Shown in pieces: positions 9,646 to 20,408 of a stretch of 64,000 nt of DNA. The position numbers and the translations under genes are program-made. The DNA is from a virus (Duplodnaviria; Caudoviricetes). The notes beneath the pieces were generated by a model, which had not been told where the DNA came from, ran no database searches, and saw nothing but the letters and a program-made list of their open reading frames with translations. Numbering within the stretch: the stretch's first letter is position 1; the number at the start of each line of letters is the position of its first letter. The stretch lies in the IMG/VR virus record IMGVR_UViG_3300031998_000010, one strand, 5' to 3'.

Positions 9646-9967
9646 ATTCTTCATCCTCCCAAGGGATTTGCATTGATTTCTTATAAGCAATTCTCTTCTT
9701 TTCAAATGCACTATAGACAGCTTCAATGTTTGCTACATTTCTTAACGGTCCATTCATAACACTTTTCAAGATACTTCTGCGAATCGGTAAATAAGTCCGC
9801 TTATCTAATAAAAGGTATTCTTCTTGACTATTTGCAGTTGTTGGAATTTGATAAGAATACTTTATTGCAGAATATGCAATAATTTCTTTTGCTAGACTCA
9901 CCCAGCAATCATCGTCATATCTGCAGTAGAAGGGGTTATCATCTGTGTGAATACCATATACACTCAT
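9623..9967 (-). CDS. hypothetical protein
   Basis: 114-aa coupled ORF. Confidence 0.7.
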   Translation of the reverse strand: MSVYGIHTDDNPFYCRYDDDCWVSLAKEIIAYSAIKYSYQIPTTANSQEEYLLLDKRTYLPIRRSILKSVMNGPLRNVANIEAVYSAFEKKRIAYKKSMQIPWEDEEYADLTKF

Positions 9968-10422
9968 ATTAGTACCTCATATTTCTTGAAGTAATTTTCT
10001 ATTTTCTTATATGTGAAATCTACAAGTTTTTTCTTACAATCAGGTAAGCTGATTAAATCCTTAGGTTCAAACCTCAAATAACCTAATGTTACTTCATATT
10101 TATCAAGTAAGATAACATTTACTCGGATATATTTTCCATATGTAGTGATATTGAAATAGATATTAGCTTCATAAATATCTTCTTCAATACCATTTAATTC
10201 CTTATTGTATTCTTTCATCTGTTTCCGGAGTTCGAGAGGAATCTGATACATTATTGTAGTATAGATAATGTATTCATTCGGAGGTTCTTGTACCTTATAA
10301 ACTCCACTGAGATTTTCTTTTAAATATTTACCTAATCTTTTTATTTGTGAAGGTAAAGGAAGTCTGTTGTAATATTCTTCTCTACCGTCAAAGTGTTGTT
10401 TTGTTTTAGCATAAATTTTCAT
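9964..10422 (-). CDS. hypothetical protein with MKIYAK leader
   Basis: 152 aa, AGAGG RBS. Confidence 0.75.
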   Translation of the reverse strand: MKIYAKTKQHFDGREEYYNRLPLPSQIKRLGKYLKENLSGVYKVQEPPNEYIIYTTIMYQIPLELRKQMKEYNKELNGIEEDIYEANIYFNITTYGKYIRVNVILLDKYEVTLGYLRFEPKDLISLPDCKKKLVDFTYKKIENYFKKYEVLI

Positions 10423-10433
10423 ATGTTAACCTC

Positions 10434-12830
10434 TTAAGTAAATATTCCACTAATATCTTCCCAATGTCCGCCTTCTTCGTCTTCTATGAATTTATAGACA
10501 TGAGCAACTTTATGCCATTGTTGGTCGTCACAAAATTGCCAAACAGGACAATCAATACTATGCCATTTTCCATCTTTTCCAAATTGTCTAATAGGAAGTT
10601 CATACCATTTTGCATAAATAGTAATTTCTGACTCTGAAGCAGGAATTATTAGTCCTTCTTCTCTTGATACAGGTTCAATAAATGCATTATCATAATACCA
10701 ACCTTCAAAAGCATAACTTGAACGCTTAGGTATAGGCAACTGGTCATATGGTACTCTACCAACACCCCATGTTCCAAGCATGTAGAGTTGTGCACCCCAG
10801 TCGGTGTATATTACATTAGAATAATAACGAACCATGATATTAGCATTATTTGCAGGCGCAGTTTCAAATGTTAGAGTAAATTCGTCTGCTGTATAAGTTG
10901 ACGGGTCTTGTATTACATCATCTATAGCAACACTTTCTACTACTGATAAAAGTCCACGAAGTGTAAATACTGTAGTTGTTCCATCACCTTTGAGTTCATT
11001 AGAACGAGTATTATATTGCAAGTATTCAATGTCAACAATAGAACCACTAGCAGGGATAAAATTCAATGTAACTGAATTCTTATACCAAGTATATGTTCCA
11101 GGTTCCTGAACAACTCCGTCAACTTTTACTTTAAAAGCAAAATCACAAAGTTCTTCAAGAATGAATGTATTCCCTACTCCATCTCCTGTATATTGTTCAT
11201 AGAAATATACTGCCACGCCTTCAAATTTAACTTCTATTTCTGTTTCAGCTGCAGGCGCAGTTTCAAATGTAAGTGTCCTACATCTAACAGAATATGAACT
11301 TGCAGGTTGTACTTCTCCGTTAATCTTTATATACCATATAGAATAACAAGGTAAATCAAGTGTAAACTCAGTTGTACTACCATCTCCATGCAGGTCTTGA
11401 ATATACAGCAGCGGAGTGGAATCTACTTGATTGCCAGAAGGGTCTAATTCTTGATAGGAATTCGGCTTGTAATAGATTCTTAAACCGGAATCAGGGGCTG
11501 GAGCTGTTTTTAATCTGTTATTCATATGATAGTAACCGAGTTTTTCTTGTAATACAGCCATACTATCAGGAGAACCAGTTCCTCCATTGTAATCAAAATT
11601 AACTTTTTTATACCCATCAGGCATAGGATTAAGTTGCACTACGCCTGTATCCCAATAAGGTATCATATATACATCACGAGTACCGTTCTTACCTGAAGTA
11701 TCATAAGTATCTCCTGGCTGATATTTTTCACCGGCGTCACGGTATGAATAGTCAGCACCATTGTAATCAATATTTAACTGAGCGCCTTTAGGAGGTGGAG
11801 TTGGTTTAAATACTTTATTATCTATGATACCAATCGTGATACATTTTCCTTCGTAATAAGCTTGTCCAGGAAATGTTGCAGTTTCAAGAGCCCAATAATA
11901 TGGATAATTAGAATCTTTGGGAGATTGCCCAGATGTCCAATTATATAAAGTTATTGAACGTCCTCCAACTATAAGCACTACAAAATTAATCGTATCTACC
12001 CCTGAAGGTAAACTATATGCATAGTTAATATTACTTCCAGAAATGAAATGTCGAGGATATGTAGTATGTTCTCCATCACACTTTCCTATCCATTGGAAGT
12101 GGTTGTTCCTGCTATAATAAGCTTGCCAATATGCAAATCTTCTGTAAACAGTTTCACTATCTGTAAACTGAGATAAATCAAAGCTTCCACCATTTGGATA
12201 ATTGTAATATTTAACCGTAAAAGGAAATTGAGGTACCTGAGTAGATAATACAACATTTTTACCTTGTACTATGGACTGAGGGCTAGGAGCACCGGTGCCT
12301 CTACCTGGTAAATAATATATGTTATAAGAAGCAGAGGAGCTACTTCCTCCACCTCCTCCACCTCCGCTACTACCGCTTGAATAGGAAGGAATACTAACGC
12401 TCTTTGAATAAACGGTGTACCATCCGCTTGACCCAAAACAGTATTGACCATCATTTAAACAGTGGCCACCTTCTACCTGGAATTTAACTGTAACAGAACT
12501 GGATGTAGAAGAAAATGAGCCGCTAAAATCTTCATATACATTTACGGAATTTCTCCATCCTGAACCGGAAGTACTGCCTTTTGAAACTAAATTGTGTGAT
12601 GAGCTACCTACTACCAATTTACAATAGAAGGGATAATCATATCTATAACTATCAGCTGAACCTGTTGATATATCTACACCACCTACGCTCCAACTAACTG
12701 ATTTTGATGTAGAGCTGCTACGAGTAAATGTGATTTCCAAAGATACACAAATATCAGGATAATCACCTGAATTTGCTACTCCGCAACCGTGTAACTGTAT
12801 GCCTATGAATTTAGTAGAAGTTTTTGCCAT
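10434..12830 (-). CDS. putative tail/receptor-binding protein with three GDG-TTxFTL beta repeats and Listeria-Bacteroides-type repeat segments
   Basis: S/G linker, VNFDYNGG and PKRSSYAFEGWY..ITIYAKW motifs, three xGDGxxxxFxL repeats. Confidence 0.6.
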   Translation of the reverse strand: MAKTSTKFIGIQLHGCGVANSGDYPDICVSLEITFTRSSSTSKSVSWSVGGVDISTGSADSYRYDYPFYCKLVVGSSSHNLVSKGSTSGSGWRNSVNVYEDFSGSFSSTSSSVTVKFQVEGGHCLNDGQYCFGSSGWYTVYSKSVSIPSYSSGSSGGGGGGGSSSSASYNIYYLPGRGTGAPSPQSIVQGKNVVLSTQVPQFPFTVKYYNYPNGGSFDLSQFTDSETVYRRFAYWQAYYSRNNHFQWIGKCDGEHTTYPRHFISGSNINYAYSLPSGVDTINFVVLIVGGRSITLYNWTSGQSPKDSNYPYYWALETATFPGQAYYEGKCITIGIIDNKVFKPTPPPKGAQLNIDYNGADYSYRDAGEKYQPGDTYDTSGKNGTRDVYMIPYWDTGVVQLNPMPDGYKKVNFDYNGGTGSPDSMAVLQEKLGYYHMNNRLKTAPAPDSGLRIYYKPNSYQELDPSGNQVDSTPLLYIQDLHGDGSTTEFTLDLPCYSIWYIKINGEVQPASSYSVRCRTLTFETAPAAETEIEVKFEGVAVYFYEQYTGDGVGNTFILEELCDFAFKVKVDGVVQEPGTYTWYKNSVTLNFIPASGSIVDIEYLQYNTRSNELKGDGTTTVFTLRGLLSVVESVAIDDVIQDPSTYTADEFTLTFETAPANNANIMVRYYSNVIYTDWGAQLYMLGTWGVGRVPYDQLPIPKRSSYAFEGWYYDNAFIEPVSREEGLIIPASESEITIYAKWYELPIRQFGKDGKWHSIDCPVWQFCDDQQWHKVAHVYKFIEDEEGGHWEDISGIFT

Positions 12831-12837
12831 TTAATTA

Positions 12838-14727
12838 TTACCAACCTATTCCAATGGAACCTACAGGAATATTTGTTGTACCAGGAGTTTCTGTTGCTAT
12901 GTACAATCTTAAGTTTTCTGTCTGTCCATTTGTCTTAGTATGTGTAAATTCAATATAATTAGTTCCGGTCTTAATTGACTTACCTTTGTCTACAGTTGCA
13001 ACAGATGAATTATAACTTGTTGTTTGAGTAATTCCAATTGCATCAGCACCTGCAGAAGGATTAACTGTGAGCCTTGTAGCTCCAAGATTAGTTATTGTAT
13101 TGTCATTAGTAATACCTATAGTATTAGCAGAACTTAATTCTGAACTAAATGTTGATAATCTTGTTCCTAATATATTTATGGTTTTATTATCTTTTAATGC
13201 TGTAAGCATGTCAGACCAAGAAAGTGTTCTAGAAGCCGTTGTTGCAATCTGTCCACTTGAACCTGATGTACTATAATCAACTCCGCTTGAATTTGTTAAT
13301 GCTACAAATTTTGCAATCTTAGTACTTGTAGTCAGTTTTGCAATAGGTGCATCTAAATATTCTAACTTAACAGAACTGAACCAATTATTCTCATCATTTC
13401 CATCTACAAATGAATATGTATTATTAGTTGTATTATGATAAATTGAGAAATTATTAGGAAGTAATGTACGATAATTGATTGCCTCTTCTTTTGTATTAAA
13501 GCATTTTACTGTTCCAGGGGCAGCTGTATCAACAGGGACTAACATTTGGTCTCCTGAGCTTGCTACTTTTGCGGCGTATAAAGCAGGAGGGAAGAAATTA
13601 CTTACGTCATCATCATTAACAGCAGTTGCTACTTGACTAGATGACATTCCTGGATACCAAGCTATAAGTGCATTATAACTTCCTACAAACCCTAAGTTAA
13701 TAGCAGTCACTTGTTCAGTTATTGTAGGGTCAGCAGAAAAATGCTTAACATTTATATAATAATCAAGTAAATTGATTGAATCAAAATCAATGAAGGGACT
13801 TACATTGGGCTTGTATTCAATGTAATTATTAATGTGGACCTTACTATCAATAGTAATAGGGTCACCATCACCAAAACTGCTAGCCCCTTTAGGAAGTGTT
13901 CTTGTGATATTTGTAGAAAGTGAATAAGCAGAACTTGGAACTGTAAATATGATTTTGCTTGCCCACGGAATTGTTTCAGGACCAATCATTCCACCATTCT
14001 GCCAATTATTAGCAGTAATGTCAGTAGAACCTCCAACTGCTACTCCTCCACTCGATGTAGCCCATCCTGAAATAACATCTAAGAAAGCTTTATGTTCAAA
14101 ACCTGTAAGTAAGATATAAATAGAAGTATTGATTGTTTCAGAAATATATAATCTTACTACACATCTTGAATTTGGAAAATCAGGATTGATATCATCATAA
14201 GGAGTTCCGTCACTTGTAGGAATCCACTGTGCTGTTTTTGTATAAACAATACCATCATTTATTTTTACAAATTCTGTTATTTCATCAATGTAGTCAGAAT
14301 AATCAGGATAACCATCTCTTAATATTGCCGGAATATTGTCAGGAGCAGAACCGGGATGCTTGCCTGAACCGGATACGTTACTAATAAGAGGTCCATAAGA
14401 AGTGACCTTAGTAGCAAAATTACAAGTAGGGTCACCTCCAGGTTGGTCACATGCGATATCGCATTCACCTATGAATAAGCTTCCAATGATTACTCCGGCT
14501 GCAGTAAGTTTAGAATCTGCAGGTAAAGGATAATCAATATATCCTTTAGGAGTATTTGCGTCTACTCGAAGAATCATTGATGTGCCCTTGCACACCATTT
14601 CAGTCAACCATTCATGTTCATCAGGAATATCTTCGGGTGAAATTCCATGAGCAATTGCATCTCTTGCAAATATTTCCCAAGCAGAAAACCCGACTACTCT
14701 TCCTTCATTATATAATTCTTGAGCCAT
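12838..14727 (-). CDS. putative tail/baseplate structural protein
   Basis: 629 aa, S/T/G-rich, N-terminal EGRVVGFSAWE, lies between tail genes. Confidence 0.5.
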   Translation of the reverse strand: MAQELYNEGRVVGFSAWEIFARDAIAHGISPEDIPDEHEWLTEMVCKGTSMILRVDANTPKGYIDYPLPADSKLTAAGVIIGSLFIGECDIACDQPGGDPTCNFATKVTSYGPLISNVSGSGKHPGSAPDNIPAILRDGYPDYSDYIDEITEFVKINDGIVYTKTAQWIPTSDGTPYDDINPDFPNSRCVVRLYISETINTSIYILLTGFEHKAFLDVISGWATSSGGVAVGGSTDITANNWQNGGMIGPETIPWASKIIFTVPSSAYSLSTNITRTLPKGASSFGDGDPITIDSKVHINNYIEYKPNVSPFIDFDSINLLDYYINVKHFSADPTITEQVTAINLGFVGSYNALIAWYPGMSSSQVATAVNDDDVSNFFPPALYAAKVASSGDQMLVPVDTAAPGTVKCFNTKEEAINYRTLLPNNFSIYHNTTNNTYSFVDGNDENNWFSSVKLEYLDAPIAKLTTSTKIAKFVALTNSSGVDYSTSGSSGQIATTASRTLSWSDMLTALKDNKTINILGTRLSTFSSELSSANTIGITNDNTITNLGATRLTVNPSAGADAIGITQTTSYNSSVATVDKGKSIKTGTNYIEFTHTKTNGQTENLRLYIATETPGTTNIPVGSIGIGW

Positions 14728-14740
14728 TATTCATACTCCT

Positions 14741-17700
14741 TTAGATTGTTGGTTTTGTATATCTAACTGTGATGTAAGCAGTAGCATTAGCTAATGCAGT
14801 ACCTGCAAGATATGTAATATTTGTTCCATCTATCTTAATGCACAATTCTTCATCTCCAGCAGTCGAATCATAAGCAGAAATCATTCCACTATATGCAACA
14901 TTAGAAGATGTATAACTTGTAAATCCTTCTTTAATAAAGATGATATTAGCAGAAATTCCATGTGCTACAGTCTGTGAAGATGATGCTGACAATGAACTGA
15001 GAGTTAATGTTTGTTCATATAATGTAGTACCATCTGCCCAAGTACCTACAACTTTTTCTCCTGAAGAATAAATATCATGATACTTCACTAACTCGGTTAC
15101 ACGAATTGAATCCCAATGCGTAGGGTCAAATGCTTCTTGAGCAGTAATTGCTGTATTACACCTATAGAGCTGTGTTGTATCACCATCATAATAAATTACA
15201 TAATCTCCAATTGAGTATGCTAAAGTATAAGTTACAACTATTTCATCATCAACAGCCGGAGCAGATGTAAATGTAATCTTATTTGTTGTGTCATCAAAAG
15301 TATAATCTGATGTTTCCGCACCTGCTACTTTGACCGATGTAATTCCTGATGCAACTTTCGTGAGGGTGAATTCGGTAGTAGAACCATCTCCTGTGAAAGT
15401 ATCGCTTACATTCTCATTGTAATTAGATGCTACGCACGAATTTGATAACTTAGATGCAAGATTAGACTGAATGGGATTAATTCTTGTATTTGTATAGGAC
15501 ATTACCGCACTATTTGTAGGAACATTCTCTGTATTATAGAACGGGTCTTGTACCTTATATGTAATTCCTATTTTAGAAGCAATATATTCATAATATGTGT
15601 CTAATGCAAATGTAGGCGCAATTAATGTTCTTGTGAAATAATCTGTATAATTTGTATCCCAGTCTGCAGGCTTATAATCCAATTCAGTATATGTGCCACC
15701 ATCATACTTCCAAATGTTATCCATAACTTCATCCCAGTTAGGATTATTATTTGAAGTATACTGTGCAGCACCTTCTACAGCAACATATTCATCATCTACT
15801 TTTGTGAAATAATCAGAATAGTTATCTTCCCAATCATCAGGTTCTGTTGTAAGAAGATTGTAATAAGGAACGACTGGAGCCGATGTAAATGTTATTGTAT
15901 AATTAGTTGAATCAAAGGTATAATCTACATTTTCAACTTGAACAACTCCATCAAGTGTTACCTCAAGGAGTTCTTCAATTGGTGAATAATTGATTACAAA
16001 AGTTGTAGTTACACCATCTCCTGTGAATTCATCAGTTATAGTTACTATTGTTTGTTCAACAGTACTTGAAGTTTCAACAAAAGCAGAAGTTCCCAATGAT
16101 TTTCCATCAAATGTTTTATTTGTCATATTCTGATACGAAGTAGTATCTATGAGTTGATTATCATTTGCATAAAGCATATTATTCAATACATATACTCTGT
16201 TATTTGAATATGTTATAGGGCTTGTTGAACCGCCATTCTGTGTCTTTGCACCGATGAGATACAGGATTTCTACTTCAGGTGAATTGTATTCAACAATAAT
16301 ATTAGCCTCATCAGCAGGGGCTGTGTTAAATATGATTTGATTTGAAGTACTATCATAAGTATAAGCTGTCGTTTCTACTGTATCTATTGTTATAGAAATA
16401 ATTTCGGCTACAGAATATTCAAGTGTGAATGCTGTTGTAGTTCCATCACCTGTGAATGCTTCAGTATTTTGTATGCCATATTGTACTTGAGACGAACCGG
16501 CTGTATCTTTTGTATCTGTATTAGCAGACGCTGCCCAAGTACCGTCTGCTCTTAATGAATAACTAGCATCTGCAACTAAAGGAGAAGGGACTAATCCCGC
16601 TTCTGTTGTACTAAATATTTCTCCCCAGTCACCATCGCCTCTTAAGAAGTAATTCATTTCACCGGCTGCAGCAGCAGGAACTAATCCTGCTTCACCGGCA
16701 GCAATAGCAGTAGCACCTTGATAATCATTTACAGGAACAGAATCCCAAGTGCCATCACCTTTAAGGAACTTGGCAGTCTCTCCAGCACCAGAAGGCTTAG
16801 GTACAAGACCATCTGCAGAAGGAGTAAATACTGAATAATCAGAAATAGGTAATTGTACTGTTTTTGATGTATTACCATCAGCAGAAGTTAATGTTAATCC
16901 TACTCCTGTAGTATAGTCTACATCTGCATAATATGTAGCGTCAATCTGATTTCCGGCACTATCATTTGTTGCACTGTCAGCTGATGTAGCCGTTCCAATT
17001 GATATATTTGCTTTATCAACCCACCCAGAACCTGTCAGTACTAAATCAGCTAAAGTTCCACCCGAAGCCGCAGGAACTATTCCTGCTTGTAAACTAGTAA
17101 ATTGAGAATAGACATGGTCTGATACTCTAACTACTTTTGTATTTCCATTTCCTAATGTAAATGTAAGAGCAGAGCCTAAATCAGAAGATGCATTACTGCT
17201 GACATCATGAAGATAATAATCAGTTATTGTATGATTACTACTATCCTTCATTGCACTAGTTGCACTTGTTGCTGTAGTAGCAGAATTTGCACTTGTTGCT
17301 GTAGTAGCAGAACCATCAATATCTGCATGAATCTTTCCAGTAGTTGTGATATAAATATCAGGTGTCTTTAATAAAGTTCCTGTCCAGGTATCTTGTTGAG
17401 CACTTGCTACAAGGTAGGCTTTTGTATTCCAAGGACTTTGCTTAACAGACTGAACTTGAGAATCTGATACTTCAGCATTATTGAATACTGGATAAAATTC
17501 GCTATTGTCTTCATTCCAGCAGTAACCTGTGGTAGCATTTCCTTCTGTTACTACAAATATTGTATCTCTTTCGTGTCTAGCATTTGCTAAATTTTCTACA
17601 TATTCAATAGCACTAGCTTTTCTTCTAACAACAGACTGACCACTTCCTGCAGGATTTCCTACATCATAATATAATCCATCTGTATCAGAAAGTGAAATTA

Positions 17701-17779
17701 CATTTCCTTCAACTAATGGAACTGTAGATAATTCATCAAATGTTGTAACATAATATTTTCTTTGAATACTTGTCGGCAT
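14741..17779 (-). CDS. tail fibre-like protein
   Basis: GLVPAP..FL(K/R)GDGTW fibre repeats, ATSA repeats, three FTGDGxTTxF repeats, YSIGDYV module, YSSGEKVVGTWADG C-terminal domain. Confidence 0.7.
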   Translation of the reverse strand: MPTSIQRKYYVTTFDELSTVPLVEGNVISLSDTDGLYYDVGNPAGSGQSVVRRKASAIEYVENLANARHERDTIFVVTEGNATTGYCWNEDNSEFYPVFNNAEVSDSQVQSVKQSPWNTKAYLVASAQQDTWTGTLLKTPDIYITTTGKIHADIDGSATTATSANSATTATSATSAMKDSSNHTITDYYLHDVSSNASSDLGSALTFTLGNGNTKVVRVSDHVYSQFTSLQAGIVPAASGGTLADLVLTGSGWVDKANISIGTATSADSATNDSAGNQIDATYYADVDYTTGVGLTLTSADGNTSKTVQLPISDYSVFTPSADGLVPKPSGAGETAKFLKGDGTWDSVPVNDYQGATAIAAGEAGLVPAAAAGEMNYFLRGDGDWGEIFSTTEAGLVPSPLVADASYSLRADGTWAASANTDTKDTAGSSQVQYGIQNTEAFTGDGTTTAFTLEYSVAEIISITIDTVETTAYTYDSTSNQIIFNTAPADEANIIVEYNSPEVEILYLIGAKTQNGGSTSPITYSNNRVYVLNNMLYANDNQLIDTTSYQNMTNKTFDGKSLGTSAFVETSSTVEQTIVTITDEFTGDGVTTTFVINYSPIEELLEVTLDGVVQVENVDYTFDSTNYTITFTSAPVVPYYNLLTTEPDDWEDNYSDYFTKVDDEYVAVEGAAQYTSNNNPNWDEVMDNIWKYDGGTYTELDYKPADWDTNYTDYFTRTLIAPTFALDTYYEYIASKIGITYKVQDPFYNTENVPTNSAVMSYTNTRINPIQSNLASKLSNSCVASNYNENVSDTFTGDGSTTEFTLTKVASGITSVKVAGAETSDYTFDDTTNKITFTSAPAVDDEIVVTYTLAYSIGDYVIYYDGDTTQLYRCNTAITAQEAFDPTHWDSIRVTELVKYHDIYSSGEKVVGTWADGTTLYEQTLTLSSLSASSSQTVAHGISANIIFIKEGFTSYTSSNVAYSGMISAYDSTAGDEELCIKIDGTNITYLAGTALANATAYITVRYTKPTI

Positions 17780-17808
17780 TTAAGTGACCTCGCAATGTAT
17801 TTTTACAT

Positions 17809-17846
17809 AAAAATATGAATGTGTAATTAAACCTTACACATTCATA
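17809..17846 (-). terminator. intrinsic terminator overlapping a class B promoter
   Basis: Perfect 13-bp stem 17814-17826/17834-17846 followed by a U5 tract on the minus strand. Confidence 0.75.
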
Positions 17847-17847
17847 A

Positions 17848-17853
17848 AAGGTT
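17848..17853 (-). promoter_or_regulatory. class B motif AACCTT, putative late promoter
   Basis: TAACCTTTTATGA at the head of the 17.8-7.5 kb tail operon. Confidence 0.55.
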
Positions 17854-17873
17854 ATGAGGCCACTAAATATCAG

Positions 17874-18113
17874 TTACCAATCCTCAAAATCTGGTTCGTA
17901 TTTTGATAATTTCTTATGTGTGATATATAACTTCTTACGAAGTTCATCATTTTGTCTAACTAAGTCAGTATTGTCTTTGATAATAGTTTCATTATTCTGT
18001 TCAGACTCAAATAACTGATTCTTTAAGCTATGTACTTCAAAGTGAGTAGAAATCCTAGCAAATAAAATTCCTAATATTAAGCATAAGATTCCAATGATTA
18101 TTTTATCAACCAT
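17874..18113 (-). CDS. small membrane-anchored coiled-coil protein
   Basis: N-terminal hydrophobic helix followed by a heptad region. Confidence 0.7.
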   Translation of the reverse strand: MVDKIIIGILCLILGILFARISTHFEVHSLKNQLFESEQNNETIIKDNTDLVRQNDELRKKLYITHKKLSKYEPDFEDW

Positions 18114-18114
18114 A

Positions 18115-19596
18115 TCATTTAAACAACCTTTCGTAATTTTCTTTCCAAGGAAGATTAGATTCTAATTGTCTACATATTGCAAATACTTTGTCGTCTTCAT
18201 ATCTCTTTCCAATAACTTGTAATCCAATAGGAAGTCCTTCATTTGAAAGTCCGATTGGAATAGAAGCAGCCGGAGTTCCTATCATATTTTCTAAATAAGT
18301 ATAGCCGAATCCAATAAGTGGGTCAACTTTTTCATTCTTGATATATTCAGGTCCCTTTGTATCAAAATCATCTGAATTCTTAACAGGTAAACAACCTGTG
18401 ACAGGGGCTAGTATTATATCATAGTTATCAAATATGTCATAATGTGCATCAAGTATATTTGTCCTGATTTCATGAAATTTTCTATAATCTAGCATACTTG
18501 ATTTTAGAGCAATGTTATTCCATGTTATAAAAGCCTCAGGCAATTCTTCTGCATAATCACGAAGTAAATCAAATCCATTTTGCCTATCAATTTCACAATC
18601 TATAGCAGTGTCAATGCATATTCCACGTAACCATGCATTTTCAAGTTCTTCCCTTGAATATTTGAACTTAAATGTAACAGGTTCAATTTCGTATCCGAGT
18701 GAACGAAGTACTTCAAATGAATTAATCATTGCTTCTTTGATTTCGTCTTCAGGGTCTGCAAATATATTGAAATCAAAAGTATATCCAATCTTGAATTTAC
18801 GACCTTCGACTACAGTTAATCTTGAAATTATATTTCTCACTAAATCAGGAGGAGTAGGAACACTGATAGGGTCTCTAGGGTCATACTTTATCATTGCAGA
18901 AAGAACATTTGCAGCATCGGCTACTGTTCTTGTTATTGGACCTCCACAACAATAGGGATGTGTAGCTGTCCATGCATCTGGTCTGCATACACTTGGAACT
19001 AATCCAGCTGAAGGTTTGAATCCAAAACATCCGCACCATGCAGCAGGAATTCTAATTGAACCTCCAGCATCTCCGCCTTCTGCGATTGCAAGAAGACCTG
19101 AAGCAACTGCTGATGCACTACCTCCTGAAGAACCTCCTGAATTATATCCTATCTTAAAAGGAGTAGATGTAGGTCCATACATCTTATTATCTGTTGTTCC
19201 TCTAAATCCAAATGCTGGTGCATTAGTTTTACCAATTACAATAGCACCTAATTTTTCCATTGCTTTGCATATTTCAGAATCATAATCGTCAGGACATACA
19301 AGGCAGTTAACGCCTCCGTGAGAAGATAACCACCCTTTCTTAGACGGCAAGAAATCCTTTAAACCAACAGGAACTCCTGCAAAGGGTCCGACGTATTCAT
19401 TCTTTGCAATTTTTTCTTCAATCTCTTTTGCACGAATTCTAGCAATTTCAAATTTAGTATATACAATAGCATTGATTTTAGGATTGATTTCTGCAATCCT
19501 CTTTTCATATGCATCAAGAATCTCTGTAGGCTTGATTTTCTTTGATGTAACTAAATTACCTAATTCTAATGCAGAACAATAGAAAATATCTTTCAT
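18115..19596 (-). CDS. amidase-signature family enzyme
   Basis: GVPVGLKD, GKTN, GGSSGGSA, GDAGGSIRIPA, GLPIGLQ (Ser-cisSer-Lys triad motifs). Confidence 0.9.
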   Translation of the reverse strand: MKDIFYCSALELGNLVTSKKIKPTEILDAYEKRIAEINPKINAIVYTKFEIARIRAKEIEEKIAKNEYVGPFAGVPVGLKDFLPSKKGWLSSHGGVNCLVCPDDYDSEICKAMEKLGAIVIGKTNAPAFGFRGTTDNKMYGPTSTPFKIGYNSGGSSGGSASAVASGLLAIAEGGDAGGSIRIPAAWCGCFGFKPSAGLVPSVCRPDAWTATHPYCCGGPITRTVADAANVLSAMIKYDPRDPISVPTPPDLVRNIISRLTVVEGRKFKIGYTFDFNIFADPEDEIKEAMINSFEVLRSLGYEIEPVTFKFKYSREELENAWLRGICIDTAIDCEIDRQNGFDLLRDYAEELPEAFITWNNIALKSSMLDYRKFHEIRTNILDAHYDIFDNYDIILAPVTGCLPVKNSDDFDTKGPEYIKNEKVDPLIGFGYTYLENMIGTPAASIPIGLSNEGLPIGLQVIGKRYEDDKVFAICRQLESNLPWKENYERLFK

Positions 19597-19613
19597 TATT
19601 ATTTTCTCCTAAG

Positions 19614-20408
19614 TTATATTATATCTTTGAATAACGAATGATTAGATGTAAAAATAGTAAGTAAATTCTTACCTAACATTTCTTTATAATTATCAAATGT
19701 ACATTTCTTCATATAATCAATCAATTCAGGAAGATATGTTTCGATATTAAGGTCATCAGAAACTTCTTTTAAGTATTCAAACTGAGCAATCTTCGTTGCT
19801 TTCTGTTCTTCAAATTCTTCTTTTGTGGCAGGTGACCTAAATTTAATTCCACAGCCAAGAGCCCAGTTTCTACCATACTGACTAATTCCGATAGAAGTAG
19901 AACCTGAACTACTATGAAATATTCTTGTATGAGGCATTCTGCAAGTAATACTCCTTACTGGGTGAATCTTGCACCTATATATTCCATCTTTAAGCTTAAA
20001 CAGATGATAACAGACATCTCTTTCTTTTTCAGGGTCTTTTGTGTTTACAACCATTCGCTGCTTTCTTTCGGGACATACATAAACGGTGATTTCTTTTCCA
20101 TTAATGATATGTTTAGTAGGTACGATAGTACTCTGAAGATTGTGAAGATTTTCTACCTGAAGCCCATAATCAATAAAATCCTGGTCTGTATAAGCCATTA
20201 ATCTTTCATATTCTTTTTGTGTAAGAAGTAAGTTTTCTGTGATACAACAACACTTGCCACAACTATCACAACCATCTACGTCAAAGAATGTAGGTGATAA
20301 AATAAGGCTTTTCCGATTAGTATCAAATACCTCATCATCGATTGTAACTGCTTTCTTTGATAAAGGAAGCAAATACTGCATTATCTTACTAAGATTGTTG
20401 ACGCTCAT
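19614..20408 (-). CDS. YkgJ/FliB-like CxxCxxCC Fe-S/Zn-binding protein, paralog 1
   Basis: CDSCGKCCC..CYHL..YRCKIHPVRSITCRMP..WALGC. Confidence 0.65.
   Translation of the reverse strand: MSVNNLSKIMQYLLPLSKKAVTIDDEVFDTNRKSLILSPTFFDVDGCDSCGKCCCITENLLLTQKEYERLMAYTDQDFIDYGLQVENLHNLQSTIVPTKHIINGKEITVYVCPERKQRMVVNTKDPEKERDVCYHLFKLKDGIYRCKIHPVRSITCRMPHTRIFHSSSGSTSIGISQYGRNWALGCGIKFRSPATKEEFEEQKATKIAQFEYLKEVSDDLNIETYLPELIDYMKKCTFDNYKEMLGKNLLTIFTSNHSLFKDII

Noticed and set aside
18115-19596. Amidase as GatA working with tRNA-Gln
   Set aside because: No gatB or gatC nearby, and the sequence looks like a generic amidase-signature enzyme
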